In this document: positions 1 to 8,500 of the stretch, piece by piece | Layout of the letters: the number at the start of each line of letters is the position of its first letter | Position numbering within the stretch: the first letter of the stretch is position 1 | Assembly: GCA_044236265.1 (NCBI GenBank) | Contig: JBIIGV010000016.1 | Coordinates: 1 to 33,878, forward strand | DNA from: Oligoflexales bacterium | Lineage (GTDB): Bacteria; Bdellovibrionota_B; Oligoflexia; Oligoflexales; RGVZ01 | Length of the DNA stretch: 33,878 bases | Direction of reading: 5' to 3' | Program-made: the position numbers and the translations under genes | Notes under the pieces: model-generated | Seen by the model: only the letters and a program-made list of their open reading frames with translations | Told to the model about the DNA's origin: nothing | The model's database searches: none

Positions 1-767
1 TCACTCTGCAGTTTGAATTGAGTAATACCTTTTGACCCGGACACAACAATTAACTTATCTTTTGTCCAAATATCGCGACACGCATCCATGTCGGAGAATT
101 GAACATAGGAAACTTCATTGGGATTATCCAAATTGAAGAGGCTCAATCCGTTGACGCGGTCACATGCCACCATCTTAGTTTCTGCTGTATTTAGCCCACC
201 CAATCCATCTGTCTGTATGGACCAAGCCTCAGTAGGCTTCGCAGGATCTTTAATTGTAAGAATCGACAGCTTATTCTTGACGTTTCGGCATTCTGCCCGG
301 GTGTGACGCACAAAGGTGAAAAAAGACATGTTTTCAGGGACCGCAAAATTGCAAGAGCTTGATAGATTAAACGTACCAACTTGGATGGGGCGCGCCAGGT
401 CTCCTATATTGAAAATGAGGGAACGATCATCTCCTCCCACAATCAAATGCTTCCCATCTGTGGAGAGATTATTTACAAATTCGCCCATGTAAATTTCCCT
501 TACCGACTTTGGATCTAAAGGGTTTTTCACATCAATTATGGTCAAGCTACTGACGCTCGTGGCTATCATACTTTCACCGGCGAGCAAAAACCGTCCGCGC
601 AATTTGGATTGGCGCATACTAGAAGGCGTCAATTTCAGGTGCTGTGTGGTAATTTGACTCTCATTTGAACGACCTTGTCGGTGCACATCTATTCCGCAGG
701 AAGATAAAGTGATCATTGAAAAATATATGATCACTGAGAGAGTTCCAATATGCTGTTTACGGCTCAT
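1..767 (-). CDS. LVIVD-repeat lipoprotein, 3'-truncated by the window edge (C-terminal half of the LVIVD beta-propeller family)
   Basis: Absent from the ORF track because it has no stop in the window. Manual translation from ATG 767, with SD GGAGGAG upstream, is open to base 3: MSRKQHIGTLSVIIYFSMITLSSC (lipobox)...LTIIDVKNPLDP...LIFNIGDLARP...LSILTIKDPAKP...MVACDRVNGLSLFNLDNP...KLIVVSGSKGITQF. Confidence 0.8.
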   Translation of the reverse strand, partial: MSRKQHIGTLSVIIYFSMITLSSCGIDVHRQGRSNESQITTQHLKLTPSSMRQSKLRGRFLLAGESMIATSVSSLTIIDVKNPLDPKSVREIYMGEFVNNLSTDGKHLIVGGDDRSLIFNIGDLARPIQVGTFNLSSSCNFAVPENMSFFTFVRHTRAECRNVKNKLSILTIKDPAKPTEAWSIQTDGLGGLNTAETKMVACDRVNGLSLFNLDNPNEVSYVQFSDMDACRDIWTKDKLIVVSGSKGITQFKLQS

Positions 768-1749
768 TGGCTCCTCCGTTCGACAAATTTGAAAGATTTT
801 TCTTTTCGAAACCGATGATGACACCCCTCGTCGAATCGAGCTCAGAGCTTTGAAAAAAAACTGATGGGTCAGTAATAGCCTGATACGGGTCCCACTCAAA
901 AACACCCTCCAAACGTTTTTTCAAAATTGGGCTAGTCTGCCCCGAAATTTGAATTGCAAGCAAATCAACAAAGCTATCCGCAAGCAGAACATCGTCTTTG
1001 ATCGTCACATCCGTGTTTCCTGGTGCATTAATAAAATGAATTGGAATTGGTTTAGAGGGATCTGAATTGTCAAAAACATGTACGCCCATATTTATTTCGC
1101 TAACGAATAATAGCTTTCCATCAGACGCCACTTTTCCAACTTTTTGCATAGGTCGCGGTGTCTCTACAGCGTACGATTTTCGCAAATTTTCATAGCTCAT
1201 ATAGATTGGAATATCAGGTAGCCTCGGCGGTCTGGAGAGGCCTTTATCCATCGGCGGCGTACGAGAATTATTTCTGTTTTCAGATGTCGCAACACTTGTA
1301 AACACTGCAAGAGCGCAAATCAAAAGGTGCTTTCCAGGCAGCTCACTGCCTAGCTTTAATGAAAAATTCACAGTGCCTTGATAGGCTAAAAAACAACCAA
1401 AAAAAATACTACATAGGTCGATCACATCAAAAGTTCCGAGCGACGGAAGGATGGCTTGACTTAACTCCCAAGAAACACAAATCGATAGAATCACTATAGT
1501 AGACTTTTTCGGGCTAAAACCTAGGCTAGCCCCAAGAAATGTCAGTCCAAAAGCGTGAAGAAGCGTGGGAATGCTTCCCCATGCCACTCCTTTTTTCAGA
1601 TATTGCGGCTCACCGAAATCTAACAAGCCCATCCGGCCACGAATATAAACATAAAAAATAAAGCCCAACATCAAAGCGGTGAGGCCAACGATCACTAAGC
1701 CGATTCGAGAATTTTTGTTGCTGCTGCTAAGTGACAACACGCCCTCCAT
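757..1749 (-). CDS. Membrane domain (4-5 TM, WELSQ...GTFDxxDL, VanZ-like) fused to the N-terminal LVIVD-family module
   Basis: Hydrophobic N-terminal 150 aa, then PIYMSYENLR...GKV...LLFVSEINMGVHVFDNSDPSKP...FINAPGNTDVTIKDDVLLADSFVDLLAI, typical of LVIVD lipoproteins. The stop overlaps the start region of the next gene. Confidence 0.8.
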   Translation of the reverse strand: MEGVLSLSSSNKNSRIGLVIVGLTALMLGFIFYVYIRGRMGLLDFGEPQYLKKGVAWGSIPTLLHAFGLTFLGASLGFSPKKSTIVILSICVSWELSQAILPSLGTFDVIDLCSIFFGCFLAYQGTVNFSLKLGSELPGKHLLICALAVFTSVATSENRNNSRTPPMDKGLSRPPRLPDIPIYMSYENLRKSYAVETPRPMQKVGKVASDGKLLFVSEINMGVHVFDNSDPSKPIPIHFINAPGNTDVTIKDDVLLADSFVDLLAIQISGQTSPILKKRLEGVFEWDPYQAITDPSVFFQSSELDSTRGVIIGFEKKNLSNLSNGGANEP

Positions 1750-1766
1750 TCATAGACGAACTCAAA

Positions 1767-1793
1767 CAATCGGCATAATTACGTGGCTGTTTA
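1767..1793 (-). promoter_or_regulatory. Sigma28 (FliA)-type promoter for the LVIVD operon
   Basis: Minus strand reads TAAA-N15-GCCGATTG, ending 17 nt before ATG 1749. The consensus is TAAA-N15-GCCGATAA. Confidence 0.6.
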
Positions 1794-2100
1794 AGAAGAG
1801 ATCGGAAACCAATGTTTTCTTTTGTGTTTATCGGACAAATAAAAAAGTGAAACAGATGATGTCTTGTTCAAACTGGTCACCCGGGAGAAGGTCATTTGCC
1901 AGTAAAATTCGTGCCACCCGACCAATTTCAATTTTCCATCCTCACTCCCGCGTCGGATTCGGTCAAAAAACCACCTCGCCAGCTATCTGCGCCCAAAATC
2001 ATATCTAACTGTTATTGAGTGTCCTAGTGGCGGCCGGTCTAGCTAGATTAAATGCGTAACGGGGGAGGTTTTTATGATCTTATGATAAAATTATTGAAAA

Positions 2101-2130
2101 TTGCATTGACTCATAACAGGAGTCTATTAT
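2101..2130 (+). promoter_or_regulatory. Sigma70-like promoter with a dyad in the spacer
   Basis: TTGCAT-N18-TATTAT, with GACTC-N7-GAGTC at 2108-2124. Confidence 0.4.
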
Positions 2131-2201
2131 AGGCAGTGAGGCGTCGGGTATTTAAACAAATGCAGGTTTGAACACGTACTTTTTGAGGGAGCTTCTTCTC
2201 G

Positions 2202-3200
2202 ATGCTTTTGCGCACAGTTGGTTTGTCGGTCATGTTATTAAGCGCCATTTCCGTCAATGGGTGCCGCGTGGTGGATGCTCCATTGAAGGTGCCTAGTCAA
2301 ACTAAGGACGACGCAGCAAAGTCGCTCATCCGCGATGGTCTTGAGCCCTCTTTGAAAACAATGACTCAAGGACTCAATGCCGTCGGTGTAGTGTATAAAG
2401 CATCGGTTTCTTTGGCATCCCAGAGAAGTGAACGTAATGCCGACAGGCGCTTCATGGATGGGTCCAACTTTTTCGCTCCATCTCCTGATGATAGATTGGA
2501 AATCAGCCCGCTCGCTGCAACTGAAGTCACTCGATTTGACGACCCATCGAGCCCGTCGTCGCCTGTTGGAAACACGGAAGGTCGCGCGGTTTATGATTTT
2601 AAGTATACGTTGAATGCTGCGCAGACTATGGCGCTGGGCGACCCTGATTTAAAGCTTAAGGTCGGGGCAAACGGCTTTGTGGAGGTAAAAGAGGGGCAGC
2701 CACATTTTCTAAGTTTTGATGTCTATGCAGAGGTCTATTCGAAATCTGCGCGAGATCCTGGAGTTGCTATTGCAACATTTAAAATCGCCAATCTTTCAAG
2801 AATTGGTCACTCGGATTCTCAAAAAATTGAAGTGTCCTTTTCAGAGTATAGACGCCTGATTCATTTGGTGCATGCTGGATCAGATGACTCTGCTGACGTT
2901 AACCGCGGAGTTTTGCAGCTTGTTATAAACAAAGAAAGAGCGACTCTATCGGCAACAGATTTGCTGATTGATTCATCTTCGAGTCTTCGATTTGAGTTCA
3001 TGACTGCCGTGTGGACGTTTGCTAGCGGTGATTTCACTGCGGGTGCAAAATTGAGCTTTGTAGATAGTGATCAGGAAAAATTTGGAATAGATGTTCAAGT
3101 TGACTCAAATTCAGATGTCCTCACCAAAGTCTGGAAGTGGGAGCCAGCCGAGCCGAGCACACCGGAGGCTCTACAGCCTGCAGTCGATCCCGTAAACTGA
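2202..3200 (+). CDS. Hypothetical beta-rich lipoprotein
   Basis: 332-aa ORF, signal peptide ending VNGC, GAGGGAG upstream, many amphipathic strands. Confidence 0.75.
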   Translation: MLLRTVGLSVMLLSAISVNGCRVVDAPLKVPSQTKDDAAKSLIRDGLEPSLKTMTQGLNAVGVVYKASVSLASQRSERNADRRFMDGSNFFAPSPDDRLEISPLAATEVTRFDDPSSPSSPVGNTEGRAVYDFKYTLNAAQTMALGDPDLKLKVGANGFVEVKEGQPHFLSFDVYAEVYSKSARDPGVAIATFKIANLSRIGHSDSQKIEVSFSEYRRLIHLVHAGSDDSADVNRGVLQLVINKERATLSATDLLIDSSSSLRFEFMTAVWTFASGDFTAGAKLSFVDSDQEKFGIDVQVDSNSDVLTKVWKWEPAEPSTPEALQPAVDPVN

Positions 3201-3274
3201 GCTTGATCCTTAATACTAACCTAAGCAAGGGATTTTGCTGCTTTGCAAAATCCTTTCATAATTTTCGAGCCGCT

Positions 3275-4213
3275 ATGAATCAGCACATCAGAAAAACAAA
3301 ATCTGTTAAACTTAGACAGCGTCTACTCTTTTGCTCATTGATCATGGCGGCCTCATGTACTCGCGTGGAAGATCCCATAAGTCAGGATCAGTTGGCCCTC
3401 GAATTACTCAATAGTGGTCGATATAGCGATGCCGTTATTGTTTTAGAGGGCCAGGTCAAAGAAAATCCTGGAGATGGTTTGGCGAGACTTCGTCTAGCTA
3501 GTGCTTATGCTGGAAAGGTGGGTTTCAATTTAGTCGACGCTTTTGCCGCATTTGAGCCATTGATTGCTTTCGACCCGAATGCTTCGAGAATACCAGTTGT
3601 GCGGCATGATCAGATCGAGAGTAAGGTTTCTCAATCGACTCAGCCGATCGGGGTTTCTGGTCGAGAGCCTACGTCAGAAGAGCGAGAGAAAATAAAGAGG
3701 TTCGAAAAAAATCTCCTTGTGACAATTTTAGACTCCGAAATGGCTACTCGTATTCTATTTAGTTTGCCCTATCTAAGCGAGGCTGAGAGGAGCAAGGTTG
3801 CCAAAGGTATTGTTGTTTTACGCGAGATTCCCCACGATTCTTCAAGCTACAGAATGGGTTTAATTTATGAGTCCGTCATCCAGTTTCTGCTGTTCTCAAA
3901 TTATATGAGAGATAGTTTTTTGGGTGTTGCGACAAGTGAAGAGCAATCAAGTTACAGCATGAAAATGTATTGTGGCCTCGATCTCCGTATCTTTCTAACA
4001 AATCTGCCATTAACTCTGGCGCATCTTAGAGCCGGAATGTTGTCATTGAGTGCGGCTGGATCTGAAAATGATGGGCGATTTTTCCAAAATGTGCAAAAAG
4101 CACTTCGTTCAATAGAGTCACTTCATCGGGCTTACCTCGAAGATACCGGTCTTTTCAACATTGCTGAAATCGCAGATCGCAAGTTGAAGGAAAATGTTTG
4201 TGAACAGCTTTAA
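3275..4213 (+). CDS. TPR-containing lipoprotein
   Basis: Start moved to ATG 3275, which avoids overlap and gives a basic N-terminus plus lipobox AASC. TPR-like segment LALELLNSGRYSDAVIVLE...NPGDGLARLRLASAYAG, with a helical remainder. Confidence 0.75.
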   Translation: MNQHIRKTKSVKLRQRLLFCSLIMAASCTRVEDPISQDQLALELLNSGRYSDAVIVLEGQVKENPGDGLARLRLASAYAGKVGFNLVDAFAAFEPLIAFDPNASRIPVVRHDQIESKVSQSTQPIGVSGREPTSEEREKIKRFEKNLLVTILDSEMATRILFSLPYLSEAERSKVAKGIVVLREIPHDSSSYRMGLIYESVIQFLLFSNYMRDSFLGVATSEEQSSYSMKMYCGLDLRIFLTNLPLTLAHLRAGMLSLSAAGSENDGRFFQNVQKALRSIESLHRAYLEDTGLFNIAEIADRKLKENVCEQL

Positions 4214-5330
4214 TAATAATGTTCTAAGATCCTCAGAAATCCCCACGTCGCTCAATCTTTTTTTGTCTGCAATTATTTTTGCGATTGTCACGACGGTAAG
4301 TGCCGGTGAGTTGCGTCATGTTCATGGTGATCGAGAAACCTTTTCAAAGTTTCAGCTTCAGCAAAGCTGCCAAATTATTGCATTAGGAGTCGATGGCCAT
4401 TGGTGTAATCCAGCAAATTTGAGCAAAAATTCAGAGCGTATGGCGCAAGTTGAAGTTGGGGTGAGGGCAGACGAAGAAGGTCTCGCAATAGTCCAAAAAA
4501 CTGCAGCAAGAAGACCGACAAAGCTAGATATTGAAAAATTATTTAGCAAAAAAAATTTTTCAGCAGTCAGTGGGTATGGCCGAATTGAAACCATTGTGGG
4601 AGAATTCTCGGTCAGCTACACGCCAGCGCATGTGATAGCTGCCTATCGCATCAATAATCCAGCATTACCAGAGATTGCATTAACCTCGATGGAACAATCC
4701 ATCGTCCGCGTAGATGCGGGGACCCGCCTTGGTCAAGCTGAAGCCTTTGGAAAGACGTTTTTGTTCGATATCGGTGGTTCCCTCTATTGGTTTGACCGAA
4801 GTATATTGAATGTTGAAGATCAGTTGATAAATATTTCCATAAATCAATCATCCAAGATTGGTTTGCAAATGGACTATTCGGGTCTTGATACAGACGCTGG
4901 ATTGGTCATTCGAAATGATCATGATTGGCTACCAGATATTGCATTGCGAATGGATCGATTGAGTCATCCTGCCAGCACCAGTGACAGTGCTGGAAAAATT
5001 GATCTCAATGATTTTCTTTCAAGACGCAGTTATGCAAGCTTCGGAAAAATTTTTAGTCTCAATTTGGGAAGTCTAGGCATTGAGTCCAATGTTGCCTTCC
5101 AAGACTTATACGGAGAGCTCAAACTTTATCAGACGAGTTTAGGCACTCAATATTTCCTCGGAGGACTGCGAGCTTTTGTGTCGGCATCGCCTGTGATGGA
5201 GAGCTTTGGCTTTGCTTTTCAGGGGCCATTTTATCTGGCAGGGATCCAGTATACTGACGAGAAGCAGCCCAATGAGCTTCAGCTAAAACGCCAACGGATG
5301 ACGTATGTTTATGCAAAAATACAAATTTAA
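4194..5330 (+). CDS. Putative outer-membrane beta-barrel (FadL/TraF-like, N-terminal NPA plug motif)
   Basis: Signal peptide ending TTVSA, WCNPANL motif, alternating strands, C-terminal beta-signal-like MTYVYAKIQI. Confidence 0.6.
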   Translation: MFVNSFNNNVLRSSEIPTSLNLFLSAIIFAIVTTVSAGELRHVHGDRETFSKFQLQQSCQIIALGVDGHWCNPANLSKNSERMAQVEVGVRADEEGLAIVQKTAARRPTKLDIEKLFSKKNFSAVSGYGRIETIVGEFSVSYTPAHVIAAYRINNPALPEIALTSMEQSIVRVDAGTRLGQAEAFGKTFLFDIGGSLYWFDRSILNVEDQLINISINQSSKIGLQMDYSGLDTDAGLVIRNDHDWLPDIALRMDRLSHPASTSDSAGKIDLNDFLSRRSYASFGKIFSLNLGSLGIESNVAFQDLYGELKLYQTSLGTQYFLGGLRAFVSASPVMESFGFAFQGPFYLAGIQYTDEKQPNELQLKRQRMTYVYAKIQI

Positions 5331-5970
5331 GCTGAGACGGGTGTTGTTTATTAACCTGCTTTCAGTAGCATTTATTTGTCGGAGTCCCGCTCTGGCAGCT
5401 GCCCAAAATGACGATTTGGACGAGTATCGGTATCAAGAAATGTTGATGGAGCATGAACAGCTCGATGATAGAAATAAGGCATTCGAATTGATAGCCAGTG
5501 GTGCGGCTGCTGCTATGGTGGGGCTCTATGGGTACCATTTTGATGACCGTGGGGTGCTTGCTGGAGTGGCCTATGCAGGTACTCAAACAGCTGGGATTCT
5601 TGTGATTGGCGAAGGCATTCGTCGGTATTATGGAATAAGTGTCGTGACGGCCGTGAATCGTGCTATGCGTCATTCGGAGCTTTCCAACGACTCGCTGAAG
5701 AAGGTTCTATTGGATAATAGCAAGCAAATGAAACGGGCCAAAATACGGTCGGATGCTTGGGTCGCAGGCTTACTTGGTGGCATATATATGTATAATGCCG
5801 CCCGGACACCGAGAGATTCTAAGAGCACCAGAAATGTATTTATATTTCTTTCGGCCAATGCATTCGCCGTAAGCGGGTATAGCACCTACAAGCTCTTTTA
5901 CTCCAAGGCTGGGACCAACGTGGGATTTGAATTCTCTGGGTCCGGTCCTAGATTATTTGTAAACTTCTAG
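5305..5970 (+). CDS. Hypothetical exported membrane protein with Gly/Ala-rich helices and a C-terminal beta-hairpin
   Basis: Signal peptide (ALAAA), two pairs of Gly/Ala-rich hydrophobic helices, ends VGFEFSGSGPRLFVNF. Confidence 0.7.
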   Translation: MFMQKYKFKLRRVLFINLLSVAFICRSPALAAAQNDDLDEYRYQEMLMEHEQLDDRNKAFELIASGAAAAMVGLYGYHFDDRGVLAGVAYAGTQTAGILVIGEGIRRYYGISVVTAVNRAMRHSELSNDSLKKVLLDNSKQMKRAKIRSDAWVAGLLGGIYMYNAARTPRDSKSTRNVFIFLSANAFAVSGYSTYKLFYSKAGTNVGFEFSGSGPRLFVNF

Positions 5971-6243
5971 CGATCCCACTTGGCACATCAATTACCGATT
6001 TACGAATATTTCGATGTGCGATAGTTTATGCACAATCTAAAATGTAACCACTTGGAAACAAATAAATCCCATTAAGCTTCACGAATACTGATGGTTGGCA
6101 GGTTTTGCGGTTAAAACAAATGATATCGGCACCTCCCGAACATTTTGTCTACTCACCTACTCAGATAAGATAACAAGTCCTGTTCGGGAACTTCACTGAT
6201 ACATCACTATGGATTCCCGATAAATCTGCCAAGTAATTCACTA

Positions 6244-7461
6244 TTACTTATTTTCTTTCGCTCCTATTGACCAGCGCGCGAGTCTTGCCTTAGCCCATCC
6301 AGACCACGAAATATCCGGGTCGGCAAGATAAGGAAAATTTGCAAGCGAAGGCTTGTACGGTCGATCAACTCTATCCGAAATTGGTCTCTTACTTCGATTA
6401 ACTAGAATGGAAAACAGCGTATCCATAAAATCGTCCTCGATTCCGCGCCCTCCAAAAGCGTGCGATTCCCGACCAGCAAGAAGCTCCTTTTCAATGTCAA
6501 AATATTTTGCCTTCCCAGTTTTCGATGCGTCCAGGACAAGGAAGTCATCTACGATCAGTCTGGCATACTCCCTCTTACCCGTTAGGCTCCAATCTTGGAT
6601 CTGATCAGCAGCATCATAGTGATCTAAATTTTCAATAATCCTGGTGGTGTATTTTTTCTGTTGTGCACCCTCTAAAATTGCGAACGTTGAATGAACATTG
6701 AATTCGTCGCGGAGATCGACAGCGTTTTTACGATTGACCATGGTAACGTTGGTGACTTCCGGGCGGCCGAGGCGATCGATCCTTTTAATTCGCCCACCTT
6801 CGTGCGTATAGCTTCCAACTGAAATGCCGGTCAGTCCGACCGGTTCTCCAAAGAGTTCGTGAATATTGAACTGTAAGATCACTGTCAGAATATTGGTGTT
6901 ATCCATTGTATTGGTGCCACTCGACGGAATTAACTTGCCATCCACTGCCAGACTAGTTGCGAACTCGCTGTTGAAGAAAAAATGGTCCGCCCGTAGACCA
7001 TGATAAATGCGGGTTTTAGACTTTAATGGAGAGACGGAGGAATCATTTATGATGTTTGAGAAAGTTCCCAGACGTCCGAAATCACAACTCATGGAATGCT
7101 GTTTGTGGTCATCCGGTGTTTTAAAACGACACACGATCTTCCGTTCGCTTTGAGCACTGTGCACAAACCTCAATCCTACGTCATCCCTGGTTACCTTTAA
7201 TTTTCGTAGCACAATCTCATAATCCACTTTTTCAGAGAAGTGGTTGTGTTGTCTGGAAAGTGGATGGACATTGACGATTACGTTGATGACACCTGGCATC
7301 TCAGAAGCGGAGAATGCATAAACATCCGAAATATCCGTAATAGAATGTTCTTTGGTAGCGGGCCCATCGATATGATCACTATGTAGCTCAGCAAGAGGCG
7401 CAGGTGTAGTCTTGCATGCGGTAATGCAAATGAACGCCACAAAAAAAGATCTGTGAAACAT
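6244..7461 (-). CDS. DUF4331 family lipoprotein
   Basis: SDHIDGP...DISDVYAF, GLRADHFFF, IDRLGRPEV, GGRGIEDDFMD and FPYLA motifs. Start set at ATG 7461 after SD GGAGGT; lipobox ITAC. Confidence 0.85.
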   Translation of the reverse strand: MFHRSFFVAFICITACKTTPAPLAELHSDHIDGPATKEHSITDISDVYAFSASEMPGVINVIVNVHPLSRQHNHFSEKVDYEIVLRKLKVTRDDVGLRFVHSAQSERKIVCRFKTPDDHKQHSMSCDFGRLGTFSNIINDSSVSPLKSKTRIYHGLRADHFFFNSEFATSLAVDGKLIPSSGTNTMDNTNILTVILQFNIHELFGEPVGLTGISVGSYTHEGGRIKRIDRLGRPEVTNVTMVNRKNAVDLRDEFNVHSTFAILEGAQQKKYTTRIIENLDHYDAADQIQDWSLTGKREYARLIVDDFLVLDASKTGKAKYFDIEKELLAGRESHAFGGRGIEDDFMDTLFSILVNRSKRPISDRVDRPYKPSLANFPYLADPDISWSGWAKARLARWSIGAKENK

Positions 7462-8063
7462 GCCAGCGACCTCCGGTAATTTCGATTGCAAAAAGAGACA
7501 CATTCTGAAGGCTAACATTAAGTAGTACCGATTTCAAATGAGCTGCAATCCAAGATATTAAACCTCGATATTCAAATCGACCGTACAACGCGAATTATCC
7601 ACCCAAGAGCAGGTAGGGTTTCCCGATTCTGGTGACTCCGCTTACGCTCGTCTTTTTATCCACGTATATTTCGGAAGTTCAAACAGTGGTGGCTTTCGCC
7701 TTCACGTATCGCCAATAAAGGGCGCAACCCGCCAGAATTTGCCAGATGGTGCAATCCTTCGGCAACAAGTGACAGCAACACGATCCACAGATTCGAGAGG
7801 TAAGTTGATCTCCGCAACACCCACGAAGGTGGACATCTGGATACCCTATCGCTATAGGCAGTACGACGATTCCTGGGAGTCATTAGTCTTTAAGGCAGCT
7901 TTGAAAAACTGAACAAAAAACTAGGCTGAAGTCCGAGTAAACATGAGCCATTGTGCATTTTGAAATGGCTAGCCCGAATACCCTACTCAACATTACGGTG
8001 AAAATAAAAACGAACAGGAAACCGAGATGATGAGGATTTTGGTTTGCTTATTCTCAATAAGAG

Positions 8064-8136
8064 TCGGGCTGGCGGGAGTCGAACCCACGACCTCATCGTC
8101 CCGAACGATGCGCGCTACCAACTGCGCTACAGCCCG
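8064..8136 (-). tRNA. tRNA-Pro (CGG), CCA not encoded
   Basis: CGGGCTG/CAGCCCG acceptor stem, anticodon arm CATCG-TT-CGG-GA-CGATG, T-loop GTTCGAC. Confidence 0.97.
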
Positions 8137-8214
8137 ATGACTCAAGAGACGTGCGATAAATATTCAAAGATCTTGAGGTAAATCTGTCAGCTTAAATGGA
8201 ACTTGGGAAGGATC

Positions 8215-8290
<76 letters not shown>

Positions 8291-8500
8291 ATTGACACCA
8301 AACAACCCGATTGGGTGGAAGGCGTTTATCTGGAATTCGGCCTGTAATGTCAACGCAAAACTGGGTCAATGGATCCAGTAGAAGCTTTCATCGGAGGCGA
8401 AATTAAAGCCAGACGAATGCTCAATTTACTAGCAATTTCCGCAGTTTGGAATTAACCTGACAATGTTATCACTGCTTTCAACATCGGGGAGGCTAGGGGA

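Noticed and set aside
1679..2008. 109-aa plus-strand ORF
   Set aside because: It overlaps the start and promoter of the minus-strand gene, with no SD or recognisable motif.
3137..3274. Longer N-terminus for the TPR lipoprotein
   Set aside because: It overlaps the upstream gene and buries the signal peptide; ATG 3275 fits better.
7900..8136. Genomic island integrated at tRNA-Pro (likewise at tRNA-His, 26181-26257)
   Set aside because: I found no integrase and no duplicated tRNA 3' end in the window by eye; a boundary outside the window cannot be excluded.
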